Shown in pieces: positions 22,625 to 33,123 of a stretch of 64,000 nucleotides of DNA. The DNA comes from an uncultured Desulfarculus sp. GTDB lineage: Bacteria > Desulfobacterota > Desulfarculia > Desulfarculales > Desulfarculaceae. The stretch spans positions 2,304,001 to 2,368,000 of the forward strand of contig CAXXUK010000001.1 in NCBI GenBank assembly GCA_963665125.2, in the 5' to 3' direction. The notes under the pieces were generated by a model. It worked only from the letters and a program-made list of their open reading frames with translations, had not been told where the DNA came from and searched no databases. The position numbers and the translations under genes were made by a program. Each line of letters begins with the position of its first letter. Position 1 is the first letter of the stretch.

Positions 22625-25564
22625 CTACAGGGTCGCCGCGATCTCGTGGATCACATAGACCTCAATCTGGTCTCCGACCTTGATGTCGTTGTAGTTCTCC
22701 AGGCCGATGCCGCACTCGAATCCCTGGGATACTTCCTTGACGTCGTCCTTGAACCGGCGCAGGCTCGACACCTTTGATTTGGCCATGACCACGCCATCGC
22801 GCAGCAAGCGGGCGTGGGCGCCGCGCTGGACCTTGCCGGATAGAACGGCGCAACCGCCGATGACGCCGATCTTGGGCACGCTGAAGGTGTCGCGCACCTC
22901 GGCCAGACCGACGACCTCTTCCTCGTATTCCGGAGCCAGCATGCCGGTCAGAGCCTTGTTCACGTCATCGACGACCTGGTAGATCACGTCATAAGTACGG
23001 ATCTCCACATGTTCGGCCTCGGCCACTTCCGTGACCTTGCCGGTGGGCCGCACGTTGAAGCCGATGATAATGGCGTTGGACGCCGAGGCCAGCATGACGT
23101 CGGTCTCGGTGATGGCGCCGGTGGCCGAATGGATCACATCCACCCGCACCTGCTCGTTGCCCAGCTTGCGCAGGGCGTCGACCAGGGCCTCCACCGAACC
23201 CTGCACATCGGCCTTGACCACGATGGAAAGCTCCTGGACCTCGCCTTCGGCCAGTTGCTCCATGATGCTTTCCAGGCTGGCCTTGCGGCTGGCGGCCAGT
23301 TCGCTGGCCCGCTTTTTCATCTGGCGGTGCTCGGCGATGCGCTTGGCGTCCTTGTCGAACTCGACCACGGCAAACTCGTCGCCGGCCTGGGGCACGCCGG
23401 CAAAGCCCTGGACCTCAACCGGAATGGAGGGCCCGGCCGAATCGACCTGGTTGCCCCGGTCGTCGAACAGCGCGCGCACGCGTCCGGAATGCACGCCGCA
23501 GACAAAGGCGTCTCCGGTGCGCAAGGTGCCTTCCTGGACCAACACCGTGGCCATGGCGCCCCGTCCCTTGTCCAGGCGGGCTTCGATGATCCTGCCCGCA
23601 GCTGGCTTGTCCGGGTTGGCCTTGAGTTCCATGATCTCGGCCTGGAGGTTCAACAATTCCAACAACTCCGGAATGCCCTCGCCGGTCTTGGCGCTGACAT
23701 TGGTGAAGATGGTGTTTCCTCCCCAGTCTTCAGGCAGCAGGCCGTGCTCGGAAAGCTCGCGGCGGACCTTGTCCGGGTCGGCGCCGGGCTTATCGATCTT
23801 ATTGACCGCCACCACAATGGGCACGTCTGCCGCCTTGGAGTGGTTGATGGCCTCAACGGTCTGCTGCATCACGCCGTCATCGGCGGCCACCACCAGGACA
23901 ACAACGTCGGTGACCTGGGCTCCTCGGGAGCGCATCTCGGTAAAGGCCGCGTGGCCGGGGGTGTCGACAAACACGACCTGGCCACCGTCGGGCAGCTTCA
24001 CGTCGTAGGCGCCCACATGCTGGGTGATGCCTCCGGCCTCGCCGTCGGTGACGTTGGTTTGGCGGATCTTGTCCAGCAAAGACGTCTTGCCGTGGTCGAC
24101 GTGGCCCATGATCGTAACCACGGGCGGGCGCGCCTGCATATCCTCGGGCTTGTCCGCGGCGCGCTCGATGAAGCTTTCTTCCTCAAAGCCCACGCGCTCG
24201 ACCTCGAAGCCAAACTCCTGAGCCACCAATACGGCGTCTTCAAGATCCAGCGTCTGGTTGACCGTGACCATCATGCCGGCCCTCATCAGCCGGGCCACGA
24301 CTTCAGTGGCCTTGATGCCCATGCGCTTGGCCAACTCGGCAACGTTGATGGTCTCGCCTACCTTGATGCGGCGTTTGATGGCCTTGGGTGTGGTGACCTC
24401 GGTTTTTTTGCCCCTTTTGGCGGGCTGGCCGCCCTTGCCCCTGCCTTTGCGGGCGCGGCCGTCATACAAGTCGGCCTTGTCCAAAACCTGCTTGCGGCGG
24501 GCGCCGGCGCGGCGCATCAGATCTTCATCATCCGGTATTCCGCCGGGACCGGTTCTTTTGGTCTTTTTGCGGCGGCGGCGCTGCTGATCGTCTTCCTTGG
24601 GCGGCGGCGGCGCGGCGTTGGGATCAAACTCGGCCGGACCGGGTGCCGGCGGACGCTGGGGCCGGGGGGGCCGCACGGTGGGCTTTGGCCTCGGCGCACC
24701 CCCTGAGGGGATCGGCGCCATGGGCTTGTCCGGTCTGCTGATTATCTTGGCGGGCTCGTCATCGAACCGGCGTTTTTTCTTCTGCTTATCCTTACCCTTG
24801 GGCTTTGCTTTGAGGCCCTGTTCCGCCTTGGCCCCCGTCTTGTCGGATTCAGACCTGGGAGGTCTGTCCGCATGCTCGGGCTTGTACTCGGGCTTGCCGG
24901 CCCGGGCCTCGGGCCTGGGCTCCTGCTCGGCCTTGGCTTCTTTTTTAGGCACTGGCCTTTCAGCAACCGGCCCTTGTTTGACCTCAGGGCTAACCTGGGC
25001 CGCCGCCTCTGTTTTCACCTCAGTCTTGGGCTCTGGTTTGGGCTCCAACCCAGGCTTGGCTTCGGCTTTGGGAGCAGGTTCCGGCTCTGGCTCGACCGCT
25101 TTGGCCTCGGCCACCGGCTCAGGCGCCGATTCCGGTTCCGGTTCCGGCTTGGCTTGGGCCTTGGGAGCAGGTTCGGACTCCAACTCCGGCTCGGGCATGG
25201 CCTTGGCCTTAACCTCCGGCTCGGGCTCGGGTTCCGGCTTGGCTTGGGCCACTGCGGGCTCCGCCTCATCCGCCTCCGGCTGCCACTCCGGTTCTTCCGC
25301 GGCAGACTCGGCATCATCAACGGCCTCGCCATCATCTGACGTCTGGGCCGTTTTCTTGCGGCGGCGGCGAATAACTTTTGTGGTGACGCGCTTTTCTTCA
25401 ACCACATCGGGGCGGTCGGAACTTACCGTTCCACGCACCTTTTCGACGACCTCAGGATCCAGGTTGCTCATATGATTACGGACGTCGACGCCCATCTCCA
25501 ACAGCTGCCTGAGCAGATCCTTGTTGTCCATCCTGAGTTCTTTGGCCAGCTCTAAAACCCGCAT
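22625..25564 (-). CDS. infB: Translation initiation factor IF-2
   Basis: MRVLELAKEL N-terminus; RPPVVTIMGHVDHGKT, DTPGH and NKID G-domain motifs; C-terminal GFECGI. Confidence 0.98.
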   Translation of the reverse strand: MRVLELAKELRMDNKDLLRQLLEMGVDVRNHMSNLDPEVVEKVRGTVSSDRPDVVEEKRVTTKVIRRRRKKTAQTSDDGEAVDDAESAAEEPEWQPEADEAEPAVAQAKPEPEPEPEVKAKAMPEPELESEPAPKAQAKPEPEPESAPEPVAEAKAVEPEPEPAPKAEAKPGLEPKPEPKTEVKTEAAAQVSPEVKQGPVAERPVPKKEAKAEQEPRPEARAGKPEYKPEHADRPPRSESDKTGAKAEQGLKAKPKGKDKQKKKRRFDDEPAKIISRPDKPMAPIPSGGAPRPKPTVRPPRPQRPPAPGPAEFDPNAAPPPPKEDDQQRRRRKKTKRTGPGGIPDDEDLMRRAGARRKQVLDKADLYDGRARKGRGKGGQPAKRGKKTEVTTPKAIKRRIKVGETINVAELAKRMGIKATEVVARLMRAGMMVTVNQTLDLEDAVLVAQEFGFEVERVGFEEESFIERAADKPEDMQARPPVVTIMGHVDHGKTSLLDKIRQTNVTDGEAGGITQHVGAYDVKLPDGGQVVFVDTPGHAAFTEMRSRGAQVTDVVVLVVAADDGVMQQTVEAINHSKAADVPIVVAVNKIDKPGADPDKVRRELSEHGLLPEDWGGNTIFTNVSAKTGEGIPELLELLNLQAEIMELKANPDKPAAGRIIEARLDKGRGAMATVLVQEGTLRTGDAFVCGVHSGRVRALFDDRGNQVDSAGPSIPVEVQGFAGVPQAGDEFAVVEFDKDAKRIAEHRQMKKRASELAASRKASLESIMEQLAEGEVQELSIVVKADVQGSVEALVDALRKLGNEQVRVDVIHSATGAITETDVMLASASNAIIIGFNVRPTGKVTEVAEAEHVEIRTYDVIYQVVDDVNKALTGMLAPEYEEEVVGLAEVRDTFSVPKIGVIGGCAVLSGKVQRGAHARLLRDGVVMAKSKVSSLRRFKDDVKEVSQGFECGIGLENYNDIKVGDQIEVYVIHEIAATL

Positions 25565-25608
25565 AAGCTAAAATGAATCTCCTAAATGTCTCACCAGTGC
25601 GATTGGCC

Positions 25609-25872
25609 CTAACAGCCCAACCGGCTCATCAATTCGGCCCATTGTCTATCATCGATGGGCCTTTTAAACAGGCTCCAGCGGTTGCGTAACCTTGGCAGCC
25701 TCTTGGCGCATTGGCCATGCCTGCATATATATGCCCCCCTGCCGGGCAGCATGCGGTCCGGGTCAGGCACAATCGAACCGTCTATCATGGCCAGGCGCAG
25801 CAAGCTCTGCTGGGGGGCCTTGCGTCGGCATACAACGCAAGTCCGCTCCGGACCCGGCTTTTGTTCCAGCAC
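25609..25872 (-). CDS. ylxR: YlxR/DUF448 RNA-binding protein
   Basis: PERTCVVCR, LLRL, PGRGAYIC...C motif; between nusA and infB. Confidence 0.88.
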   Translation of the reverse strand: MLEQKPGPERTCVVCRRKAPQQSLLRLAMIDGSIVPDPDRMLPGRGAYICRHGQCAKRLPRLRNRWSLFKRPIDDRQWAELMSRLGC

Positions 25873-25875
25873 TAT

Positions 25876-27258
25876 CTAGGCCTCCTCCTCGGAGGGGCTT
25901 TCCACGCCGTCTTCAGCGTTCTGGTCGTCAGGCTGTTCCGGCGATTCCTGGTCTTCCACCGCGTCGGCATCGTCCGCCGCGGCCTGTGTTTCCCGCTCGG
26001 CCTCGGATTCCTTGCCGCCCTGTTTGCGCTTGGCGATATATTCCTTTGCGTCGGCGATCAATTGTTCGGCCCGCTCAGTCTCAATGCCCTGAAGGGCCTC
26101 AAGATCTTCCACGCTGGAGTATGCCAGTGAATCGGCCGAATTGTAACCCGCCTGGAACAGGGTGTCAGCGCTTGTATCACCCACACCGACCACATCCAGC
26201 AGCGAACGGTAACCGTCGCGCAGGCTCTCGCTGTACTTGGACTCGCTCTTGACGTCGATCTTCCAGCCGGTGAGCTTGCTGGCCAGACGCACGTTTTGCC
26301 CCCGGCGGCCGATGGCCAGCGAGAGCATGTCGTCGGCCACGATGACTTCCATGGTCTGGTTGGCGTCGTCGACCACCACCCGGCTTATCTCGGCCGGGGC
26401 CAGGGCGTTGACCACATAGCGGGCCGGATCTGGGTCGTAGGCGATAATGTCGATTTTTTCGCCGCGCAGTTCCTGTACCACGGCCTGGACGCGGGAGCCC
26501 TTCATTCCCACGCAGGCGCCCACCGGGTCGACGTCGCGGTCGCTGGAGCTGACGCCGATCTTGGTGCGGCTGCCGGCTTCGCGGGCGGTGCCTTCAACGG
26601 TGACGATGCCCTCGGAGATCTCCGGGACCTCCAACTCGAACAGGGCCTCGACAAAGCCGGGATGGGTGCGCGAAAGAATGATCTGGGGACCGCGGGAAAT
26701 GCGTTTGACGTCCAGGACATAGGCGCGGACGCGGTCACCGGGGCGGTAGCCTTCCCGGGGCACCTGCTCGCGGGCCGGGATGATGGCCTCGGTGCGGCCC
26801 AGGTTGACGATGATGGCGCCTTTGTCGAACCGTTGGACGATGCCGTTGATGATCTCTGATTTGCGGTCCTTGAAGTCTTCGAAGATAATGTCCCGCTCGG
26901 CGTCCTTCATGCGCTGGATTATGACCTGTTTGGCGCTCTGGGCCGCGATACGGCCAAAGTCGCCGGTCTCTACCTTGATGCCCAGTTCATCGCCCGGTTC
27001 ACAGTCCGGGTCCAGCTTCAGCGCGTCTTCCAGGCCGATTTGGGTGTCCGGGTCTTCCAGGTTCTCAACAACTTCCTTGAACTCGAAAACCTCGACCTCG
27101 CCAAGTTCATCGTTGTAGGCCACATCGACCTCAACCTTGGAACCGAGCTTGCGCCTGGCGGCCGATTGCATGGCCTCTTCAAGGGTACTGATGAGGATTT
27201 CGCGGTCCAGACCTTTTTCCCTGGCCACGGAATCAATTATTCTCCTCAGTTCGCTCAT
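25876..27258 (-). CDS. nusA: Transcription termination/antitermination factor NusA
   Basis: [56 protein letters not shown] before ATG 27258. Confidence 0.97.
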   Translation of the reverse strand: MSELRRIIDSVAREKGLDREILISTLEEAMQSAARRKLGSKVEVDVAYNDELGEVEVFEFKEVVENLEDPDTQIGLEDALKLDPDCEPGDELGIKVETGDFGRIAAQSAKQVIIQRMKDAERDIIFEDFKDRKSEIINGIVQRFDKGAIIVNLGRTEAIIPAREQVPREGYRPGDRVRAYVLDVKRISRGPQIILSRTHPGFVEALFELEVPEISEGIVTVEGTAREAGSRTKIGVSSSDRDVDPVGACVGMKGSRVQAVVQELRGEKIDIIAYDPDPARYVVNALAPAEISRVVVDDANQTMEVIVADDMLSLAIGRRGQNVRLASKLTGWKIDVKSESKYSESLRDGYRSLLDVVGVGDTSADTLFQAGYNSADSLAYSSVEDLEALQGIETERAEQLIADAKEYIAKRKQGGKESEAERETQAAADDADAVEDQESPEQPDDQNAEDGVESPSEEEA

Positions 27259-27339
27259 GCGAAACTCCTGATATAGCTGGCCAAAGTATGCCATCCCCAG
27301 CTATTGGCCGAAAAACCGCCGCGGTTTTTCAACGCCCGG

Positions 27340-27819
27340 TTAGTCAATCACCAGATTGGCCTGGGCCACCTGGCTCAAAGGCACGGCTCTGACCCGTCCA
27401 TCTAATTCTATCAAAACGTCATCGCCCTGCAGGCCCATGAGCTTGCCGATCAAAATATCCCGGCCCTCTTCTTCGGCCCGGTTCACGACCACTTTCGCGT
27501 TGCGACCGGCGAACAGTTCATATTCCCGCCGGGCTTTCAGCCGACGCTCCAGACCCGGCGAACTGACCTCCAGGCGGAAAGATCCGGGTATGAGGTCTTC
27601 CACGTCCAGCAGGTCGGAAACCTGGCGGCTGACAACCGTGCATTCATCCAAGGTGACGCCGCCTTCCGGCCGGTCCACGAACAAGCGCAACACATAGCCG
27701 CTGTGCTCGGAGCGGTTTTGCAGCTCCACCAGAATCAGGCCTTCGGAGCGAACAATCGGTTCGATCAGCTCCAACAGGCGCTGTTCCAACTCAGCGCTAT
27801 TTGCACGGTCGGCGGACAT
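27340..27819 (-). CDS. rimP: Ribosome maturation factor RimP
   Basis: VLRLFVD..GGVTLDEC..VSRQVSDLLDVED, LEVSSPGLER; GAGG RBS before ATG 27819. Confidence 0.95.
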   Translation of the reverse strand: MSADRANSAELEQRLLELIEPIVRSEGLILVELQNRSEHSGYVLRLFVDRPEGGVTLDECTVVSRQVSDLLDVEDLIPGSFRLEVSSPGLERRLKARREYELFAGRNAKVVVNRAEEEGRDILIGKLMGLQGDDVLIELDGRVRAVPLSQVAQANLVID

Positions 27820-28094
27820 ACACCTCTCCCAGCGGGCCCGATAGCCCCCGGCAACAGGTGCAGCGCTATCCCACCACAAAGGCGAGGCCGCGTCCCATGC
27901 AAACCTGTCCGCTAATCACGGTGGACCGGATAGTCGGCCAGATCGGGTCAAGTCCACAATCCGAAGCAAGTAGCCAACAGCGGGGGACGCTGCTGAAAAC
28001 CCCCTCAAAAAGGGACGTGTCCGGCGTGGGGTCATCGCGCTCTAGGCGCGGCCGCGGCCCCTGCCGGGGAAACAACCGGGAAGTAAAAAAATCC

Positions 28095-28170
28095 TGGAGC
28101 GGGCAACGGGGGTCGAACCCGCGACTTCAAGCTTGGGAAGCTCGTACTCTACCAACTGAGTTATGCCCGC
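28095..28170 (-). tRNA. tRNA-Gly (anticodon CCC)
   Basis: Minus strand GCGGGCATAACTCAGTTGGTAGAGTACGAGCTTCCCAAGCTTGAAGTCGCGGGTTCGACCCCCGTTGCCCGCTCCA: 76 nt cloverleaf, GGTTCGA T-loop, encoded CCA. Confidence 0.97.
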
Positions 28171-28414
28171 TCACCGCCCCAACACAAGGTATTCAAACGC
28201 ACTGTTTCGCATTAAAATACCCCGCTAACCAACAGCCGCGAAGCCCGGGTCAAGTTTGCCCCAGCCCCACGGCGCACTAGTAGGGCGCGGCCCCATAGAG
28301 GCCGTCAGGGTTATTATAGAGCAAACCCCACCGTTGGCAAGGGCAAAAAGCATCATTGATTTTTAGGCGTTGCCCTGATATCCATTTGCATCACTGCAAA
28401 AAGGAGAGTCGATC

Positions 28415-29500
28415 ATGACACCCCAGCCCGCGGCATCTCCCGCCAGCGTTGCCAGCCTCGACCGGCTAAAGGAGCAAGTTATCGACGCCGGCCTTTGCGT
28501 GGCCTGCGGAGCCTGCGTAAAGCTTTGCCCACACATGATATTCCGGGACGGCATGGTGGCCGCGCCCGACGCCTGCGGCCTGGAGGGCGGACGCTGCTAT
28601 GACCTGTGTCCCCAGGCGGCCAACCCCGGCCAGCCGGCCAAGCGCGGCGATTTGTTCAACAAAAGAGGCCAGGACGCATCGAATCCGCTTGGCCCGGTGC
28701 TGGCTGCCTATGCCGCCAGGGCCGTTGAAGGGGCCGTGCGCGACGCCGCGCAATACGGCGGCGTGGTCAGCACCCTTTTGTATCTGGCCCTGGACCAGGG
28801 GCTCATCGGCGAAGCCGTGCTGACCGAGGCGGGCCTGCGGGGCGCGCCCCAAGGCGTGCGGGTCAATACCGCCGCCGGTGTCCTGGCGGCCGCCAAATCC
28901 TTATACGCGGCCGGAGGGGCTCTCTCGGCCCTGAACCAGGCCCTGGCCGAGGACGCATCGCACAAATTGGGCGTGGTGGGCCTGCCCTGCCAGAGCTTGG
29001 CCGCCGCATCCATGACCGTGCATGAAAAATACACTCAGGCCGCCCAACGCATCGGCCTGGTCATCGGCCTGTTCTGCACCATGAACATGGACGCTCGCGG
29101 CCTGCGCGAGGTGCTCAAGCAGGCCGGGATCAACGGGCCCGTACAGCGGGGAGACTTCCCGCCGCCGCCGGCCGGCGTGTTCCAGGTCTGGACGGATTCC
29201 GGCATGAGCGAAATACCCCTTGACGACGTTTACCAGGCCAAGCTGCCGGGCTGCGCACTGTGTCCCGATCTCACGGCAGAGTTGGCCGATATCTCCGTTG
29301 GCGCCGTGGAAGGCCGCCCAGGCTGGAACACGGTGCTGGTGCGCACCGCGGCTGGCAAGGAGCTGATGGACCTGGCCCGGGACAAGGGCCTGCTGGAATA
29401 CGAAGAGCTGGACCGGGAAGGCCTGGCGGGCCTTAGTGTTGCGGCCCAAAACAAGCGCCAACGGGGCCTGGCGGCCTGGAAGGAGCGCGGCGATGCCTGA
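28415..29500 (+). CDS. Coenzyme F420 hydrogenase/dehydrogenase beta-subunit (FrhB/FdhB) family Fe-S flavoprotein
   Basis: N-terminal CVACGACVKLCP ferredoxin motif; AQYGGVVSTLL, VGLPCQ, IGLFC, GCALCPDLTAELADISVG, GWNTVLVRT. Confidence 0.88.
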   Translation: MTPQPAASPASVASLDRLKEQVIDAGLCVACGACVKLCPHMIFRDGMVAAPDACGLEGGRCYDLCPQAANPGQPAKRGDLFNKRGQDASNPLGPVLAAYAARAVEGAVRDAAQYGGVVSTLLYLALDQGLIGEAVLTEAGLRGAPQGVRVNTAAGVLAAAKSLYAAGGALSALNQALAEDASHKLGVVGLPCQSLAAASMTVHEKYTQAAQRIGLVIGLFCTMNMDARGLREVLKQAGINGPVQRGDFPPPPAGVFQVWTDSGMSEIPLDDVYQAKLPGCALCPDLTAELADISVGAVEGRPGWNTVLVRTAAGKELMDLARDKGLLEYEELDREGLAGLSVAAQNKRQRGLAAWKERGDA

Positions 29501-31424
29501 TCTGACCAAACTTACGCCGGGCAAGACCATCCTCATGCAAGGCAACGAAGCCATATCCAGAGGAGCCCTGGAGGCGGGTGTGCAGTTCTGCGCGGCCTAT
29601 CCGGGCAACCCCTCCAGCGAGATATTGCAAAACCTGGCTGAAAGCGCCAAAAGCGCGGGCATCTACGCCGAATGGTCGGCCAACGAGAAGGTGGCCATGG
29701 AGTCCGCCGCCGCGGCCAGCTTCAGCGGGCTGCGGGCCATGGCCTCCATGAAGCAAAACGGCGTCAACGTGGCCCAGGACTTTATCTGCAACCTGACCAT
29801 CAGCGGCATCGGCACGGGCGGGCTGGTCCTGCTGACGGCCGACGACCCCTCGGCCATTTCCAGCACCAACGAGCAGGACGCCCGGTTCATCGCCCGTCTG
29901 GCCTCGCTGCCCCTGCTGGAGCCGACCACGCCGGACGAATGCCGCCGGATCATGAAATTCGCCTTCGAACTTTCCGAGGCCATCGGCAATATCGTGGTGG
30001 TGCGTTCGGTGAGCCGCCTGAGCCACACCCGCAGCAATGTGACGCCAGAGGCCCTGCCCACCGACAGGCGCAAGCCCTACTGGGACCCCAAAACCAACCA
30101 CTTCAACATGCCCGTGGTGCCCAAGCACAAGGTCATGCTGGAAAAGCTGGCCAAGGCCGAAGGCATCATGGCCGCCAGCGGCTTCAACGCCTACAGCGGA
30201 CCGGAAAAGCCCGAACTGTTGGTCATCGCCTCGGCCAGCGCCGTGCTCTACACCGAGGAGGCCCTGGGCATGCTGGGGGCGACGGACCGGGTGGGCATCC
30301 TCAAGCTGGGCTGCACTTGGCCCCTGCCCTCCGAGTTATTACTCAAGCACCTGGCCGCCGCCGAGCAGATCATGTTCGGCGAAGAGATCGACCCGATCAT
30401 CGAGGACCAGGTCAAGGCCTTTTACGCCCAGCACTCGCCCGAGCTGGGCCCCAAGCGCTTCTTTGGCAAGGCCAGCGGACATCTGCCCATGATCGGCGAA
30501 CTGAGCCCCGGCCTGATGGCCTCGGCCATGGGCAAGGTCCTGGGCGTGGAGCCGCCCAAGGTTGACACCGCCTGGCAGGCCAAGGCCGCCGAACTGGTGG
30601 GCGAGTTGGCCCCGCCCAGGGAGTTCGGCTTCTGCCCCGGCTGCCCCCACAGGGCATCGTTCTGGAGCATAAAGCAGGTCCTGGCCGTTGACGGCCGGGA
30701 CGGCATCGTCAGCGGCGACATCGGCTGCTACACACTGGGCGCCATGTCCACCGGCTTCAAGCGGGTCAATTCCGTGCACTGCATGGGCTCGGGCCTGGGC
30801 GTGGGCTGCGGCCTGGGCCAGCTTGGTCCCCAGGGCTTCGACCAGCCCGTCTTGACGGTGGTGGGCGACAGCACCTTCTTCCACGCCGGATTGCCGGGGC
30901 TGTTGAACGCCCGCTGGAATCAATCGGACTTCCTGCTGTGCGTATTGGACAACTCGGCCACGGCCATGACCGGCTTCCAGCCCCACCCCGGCACGGGCGT
31001 AAAAGCCACGGGCCAGGAGGGCAACCAGGTCAAGGTCGAGGACGTGCTGGCCGGCCTGGGCATACCCTACGATATCGTGGACCCCTACGACCTGGAAGCC
31101 ACCCAGGAGGCCATCTACGAATCGCTCCAGCAAAAGGGCGGCGGCATCCGGGCCCTGATTCTGCGGCGACTGTGCGCCCTGGTCCAGAACAAGCGCGGAG
31201 GCCACCCCTACACCATGAGCGTGGATCAGGACATCTGCCGGGGCGAGGAATGCGGCTGCAACCGTTTCTGCAGCAGGGTCTTCCGCTGTCCGGGCCTGAT
31301 CTTCGACGAAAAGGCGGGCAAGGCGGTCATCGACGAGGTGGTCTGCGCCGGTTGCGGCGTATGCGCCCAGATCTGCCCGGCCGGAGCCATCAAGGCCGAG
31401 CCCAAAAAGGAGGCCGCGGCATGA
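29493..31424 (+). CDS. iorA: Indolepyruvate:ferredoxin oxidoreductase-type alpha subunit
   Basis: GNEAISRGALEAG, YPGNPSSEI, NEKVAME, FCPGCPHR, GDIGCYTL, GDSTFFHAG, C-terminal CAGCGVCAQICP. Confidence 0.92.
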   Translation: MPDLTKLTPGKTILMQGNEAISRGALEAGVQFCAAYPGNPSSEILQNLAESAKSAGIYAEWSANEKVAMESAAAASFSGLRAMASMKQNGVNVAQDFICNLTISGIGTGGLVLLTADDPSAISSTNEQDARFIARLASLPLLEPTTPDECRRIMKFAFELSEAIGNIVVVRSVSRLSHTRSNVTPEALPTDRRKPYWDPKTNHFNMPVVPKHKVMLEKLAKAEGIMAASGFNAYSGPEKPELLVIASASAVLYTEEALGMLGATDRVGILKLGCTWPLPSELLLKHLAAAEQIMFGEEIDPIIEDQVKAFYAQHSPELGPKRFFGKASGHLPMIGELSPGLMASAMGKVLGVEPPKVDTAWQAKAAELVGELAPPREFGFCPGCPHRASFWSIKQVLAVDGRDGIVSGDIGCYTLGAMSTGFKRVNSVHCMGSGLGVGCGLGQLGPQGFDQPVLTVVGDSTFFHAGLPGLLNARWNQSDFLLCVLDNSATAMTGFQPHPGTGVKATGQEGNQVKVEDVLAGLGIPYDIVDPYDLEATQEAIYESLQQKGGGIRALILRRLCALVQNKRGGHPYTMSVDQDICRGEECGCNRFCSRVFRCPGLIFDEKAGKAVIDEVVCAGCGVCAQICPAGAIKAEPKKEAAA

Positions 31425-32035
31425 GCAAACTGATGTACGAACCATTAGACATCATCATCACCGGCGTGGGCGGTCAGGGCAATGTCTTGGCCAGTCACAT
31501 CCTGGGCAACGCCCTGGTGGATGCGGGCTGGCAGGTCACCGTGGGCGAGACCTACGGCCTTAGCCAGCGCGGCGGCTCGGTGATGAGCATGGTGCGCATC
31601 ACCTCGGAAAAGCCCAGCAGCCCGATGATCCCGGAAAACGGAGCCCACGCCATCGTCAGCCTGGAGCCCCTGGAGGCCCTGCGCGTGGCCGGGGTCTACG
31701 GCAACCCGGATACGGTGATCATCACCAACTCCAGACCCATGATGCCCATCAACGTGATCAGCGGCGAGAACAAATACCCGGCCATCGACGAGCTGCGCGG
31801 CGCTTTGGAAGAACTGGGCGGCAAGCTCTATTGGCTCGACGCCACGGATGAGGCCATGAAAATCGGCGCGCCGATCCTGGCCAACGTGATCATTCTGGGG
31901 GCCATGGTCCAGGCGGGAATCATGCCCCTGAGCGCAGAACAAGTGGAAAAGGCTATCGCCGGCATGTTCCCCGAGGACAAGATGCCCGCAAACCGCGAGG
32001 CCCTGTCCAAGGGCATGCAAATGGCCGCCGCCTAG
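31421..32035 (+). CDS. iorB: Indolepyruvate:ferredoxin oxidoreductase-type beta subunit
   Basis: IITGVGGQGNVLAS, ETYGLSQRGGSV, LEPLEALR; ATG overlaps the iorA stop. Confidence 0.92.
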   Translation: MSKLMYEPLDIIITGVGGQGNVLASHILGNALVDAGWQVTVGETYGLSQRGGSVMSMVRITSEKPSSPMIPENGAHAIVSLEPLEALRVAGVYGNPDTVIITNSRPMMPINVISGENKYPAIDELRGALEELGGKLYWLDATDEAMKIGAPILANVIILGAMVQAGIMPLSAEQVEKAIAGMFPEDKMPANREALSKGMQMAAA

Positions 32036-32050
32036 CCGCGGGCATTATCA

Positions 32051-32096
32051 AATAAAACCGCCGATGCTTCCAAGCGGGGCATCGGCGTTTTTTTTG
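32051..32096. terminator. Probable bidirectional terminator
   Basis: AAAACCGCCGATGC...GCATCGGCGTTTTTTTT between convergent genes. Confidence 0.8.
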
Positions 32097-32109
32097 GGGG
32101 CAAAGTGGT

Positions 32110-33123
32110 CTAAAAACTGAAGCGCATGTTCACGCCCAGCAGCCAGTCGTCCTTGATTTCGGTGCCGTCCTTGGGGTCGACGCCGTTGTCGAAGTAGCTC
32201 AATTCGGGCTGGACGATAAGCCTGCGGCCCACCCGGTAAGGCAGGGCGAAGAAGTAGGCCTTGCGCACGTAATTGTCGGTGCGGTAGGCCAGGGCCCTGG
32301 TCCAGGCCTCGTTGGCAGTGTACACCGCTCCCGCGCCGCCGGTCACCGACCAGGGGCCGAGGTTGTATTCCAGGGCCAGGTATCCACCGTAGACCTGGGT
32401 GTTGTACAGTCTGCCGTCTTCGGTCCACAGCGGCGCGCTGGACGGCCCGTGGAAGGAGAAGTATTCCGTGCCGCCGTTTGCCCCGGCGTCGATGTTTTCG
32501 CCCAGGTAGGCCCCAGCCCTGGCCGTCAGGCTGCCCAGGCTGTATTCGACGGGCAGGTAGGCCACCCATGAATTGTATGAATCGTCGTAGCCGGCTGGCG
32601 CCTTGTCGTAATCGACCCCGCGCCAGCCGATGCCCGGCGCCGTGTGCAAGGCCCCGGCATTGAGTTCAAGGGCAACGCCCACGCCGGGGGTCTGGCGGGC
32701 GTCGTCAACGGAAACCGACGGCGGCGCGCTCAACAGGTAGCTGTCGTTGGCCTCCAGGCCCAGAGCCAGCACCACCTTGCCGTCCCCCATGGGCAGGCGC
32801 ATCTTGGGCGAATCCGCGGCGTCCATGTAGCCCCAGCGAGAAAGGAAACTGCGCAGATTTTCCCGCAGCCAGGCCTTTTCACCGCTGTCTTTTACCTGGG
32901 ATTCCAGCCACTTGTTCCAGAGATAATCAGAGCCGTCCAGGCCATAGGCCCGGGGCGAAAGAACGTTGTTGTCGTCCAGCAGGGTGGCGGGTCCACCGCT
33001 CATGGGCTGGCCCATGACGTAGCGGTCCAGCAGGTCGTCGGCCATTGCCGCGGACCACACCGCCAGACACAGAGCACACGTCAGGATTATGACCAGCCAC
33101 TTACGCAATTTTGTTTCGCCCAT
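32110..33123 (-). CDS. Putative outer-membrane beta-barrel/porin-like protein
   Basis: Signal peptide (..LAVWSAAMA); aromatic/Gly-rich alternating strands; terminal WLLGVNMRFSF BAM-type signal. Confidence 0.65.
   Translation of the reverse strand: MGETKLRKWLVIILTCALCLAVWSAAMADDLLDRYVMGQPMSGGPATLLDDNNVLSPRAYGLDGSDYLWNKWLESQVKDSGEKAWLRENLRSFLSRWGYMDAADSPKMRLPMGDGKVVLALGLEANDSYLLSAPPSVSVDDARQTPGVGVALELNAGALHTAPGIGWRGVDYDKAPAGYDDSYNSWVAYLPVEYSLGSLTARAGAYLGENIDAGANGGTEYFSFHGPSSAPLWTEDGRLYNTQVYGGYLALEYNLGPWSVTGGAGAVYTANEAWTRALAYRTDNYVRKAYFFALPYRVGRRLIVQPELSYFDNGVDPKDGTEIKDDWLLGVNMRFSF

Noticed and set aside
17300..25330. CRISPR-like repeats
   Set aside because: The repeats here are in-frame coding low-complexity tracts without unique spacers; no cas genes in the window
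27880..28400. Integrative element at tRNA-Gly
   Set aside because: No integrase and no duplicated tRNA 3' end found; flanking genes look native
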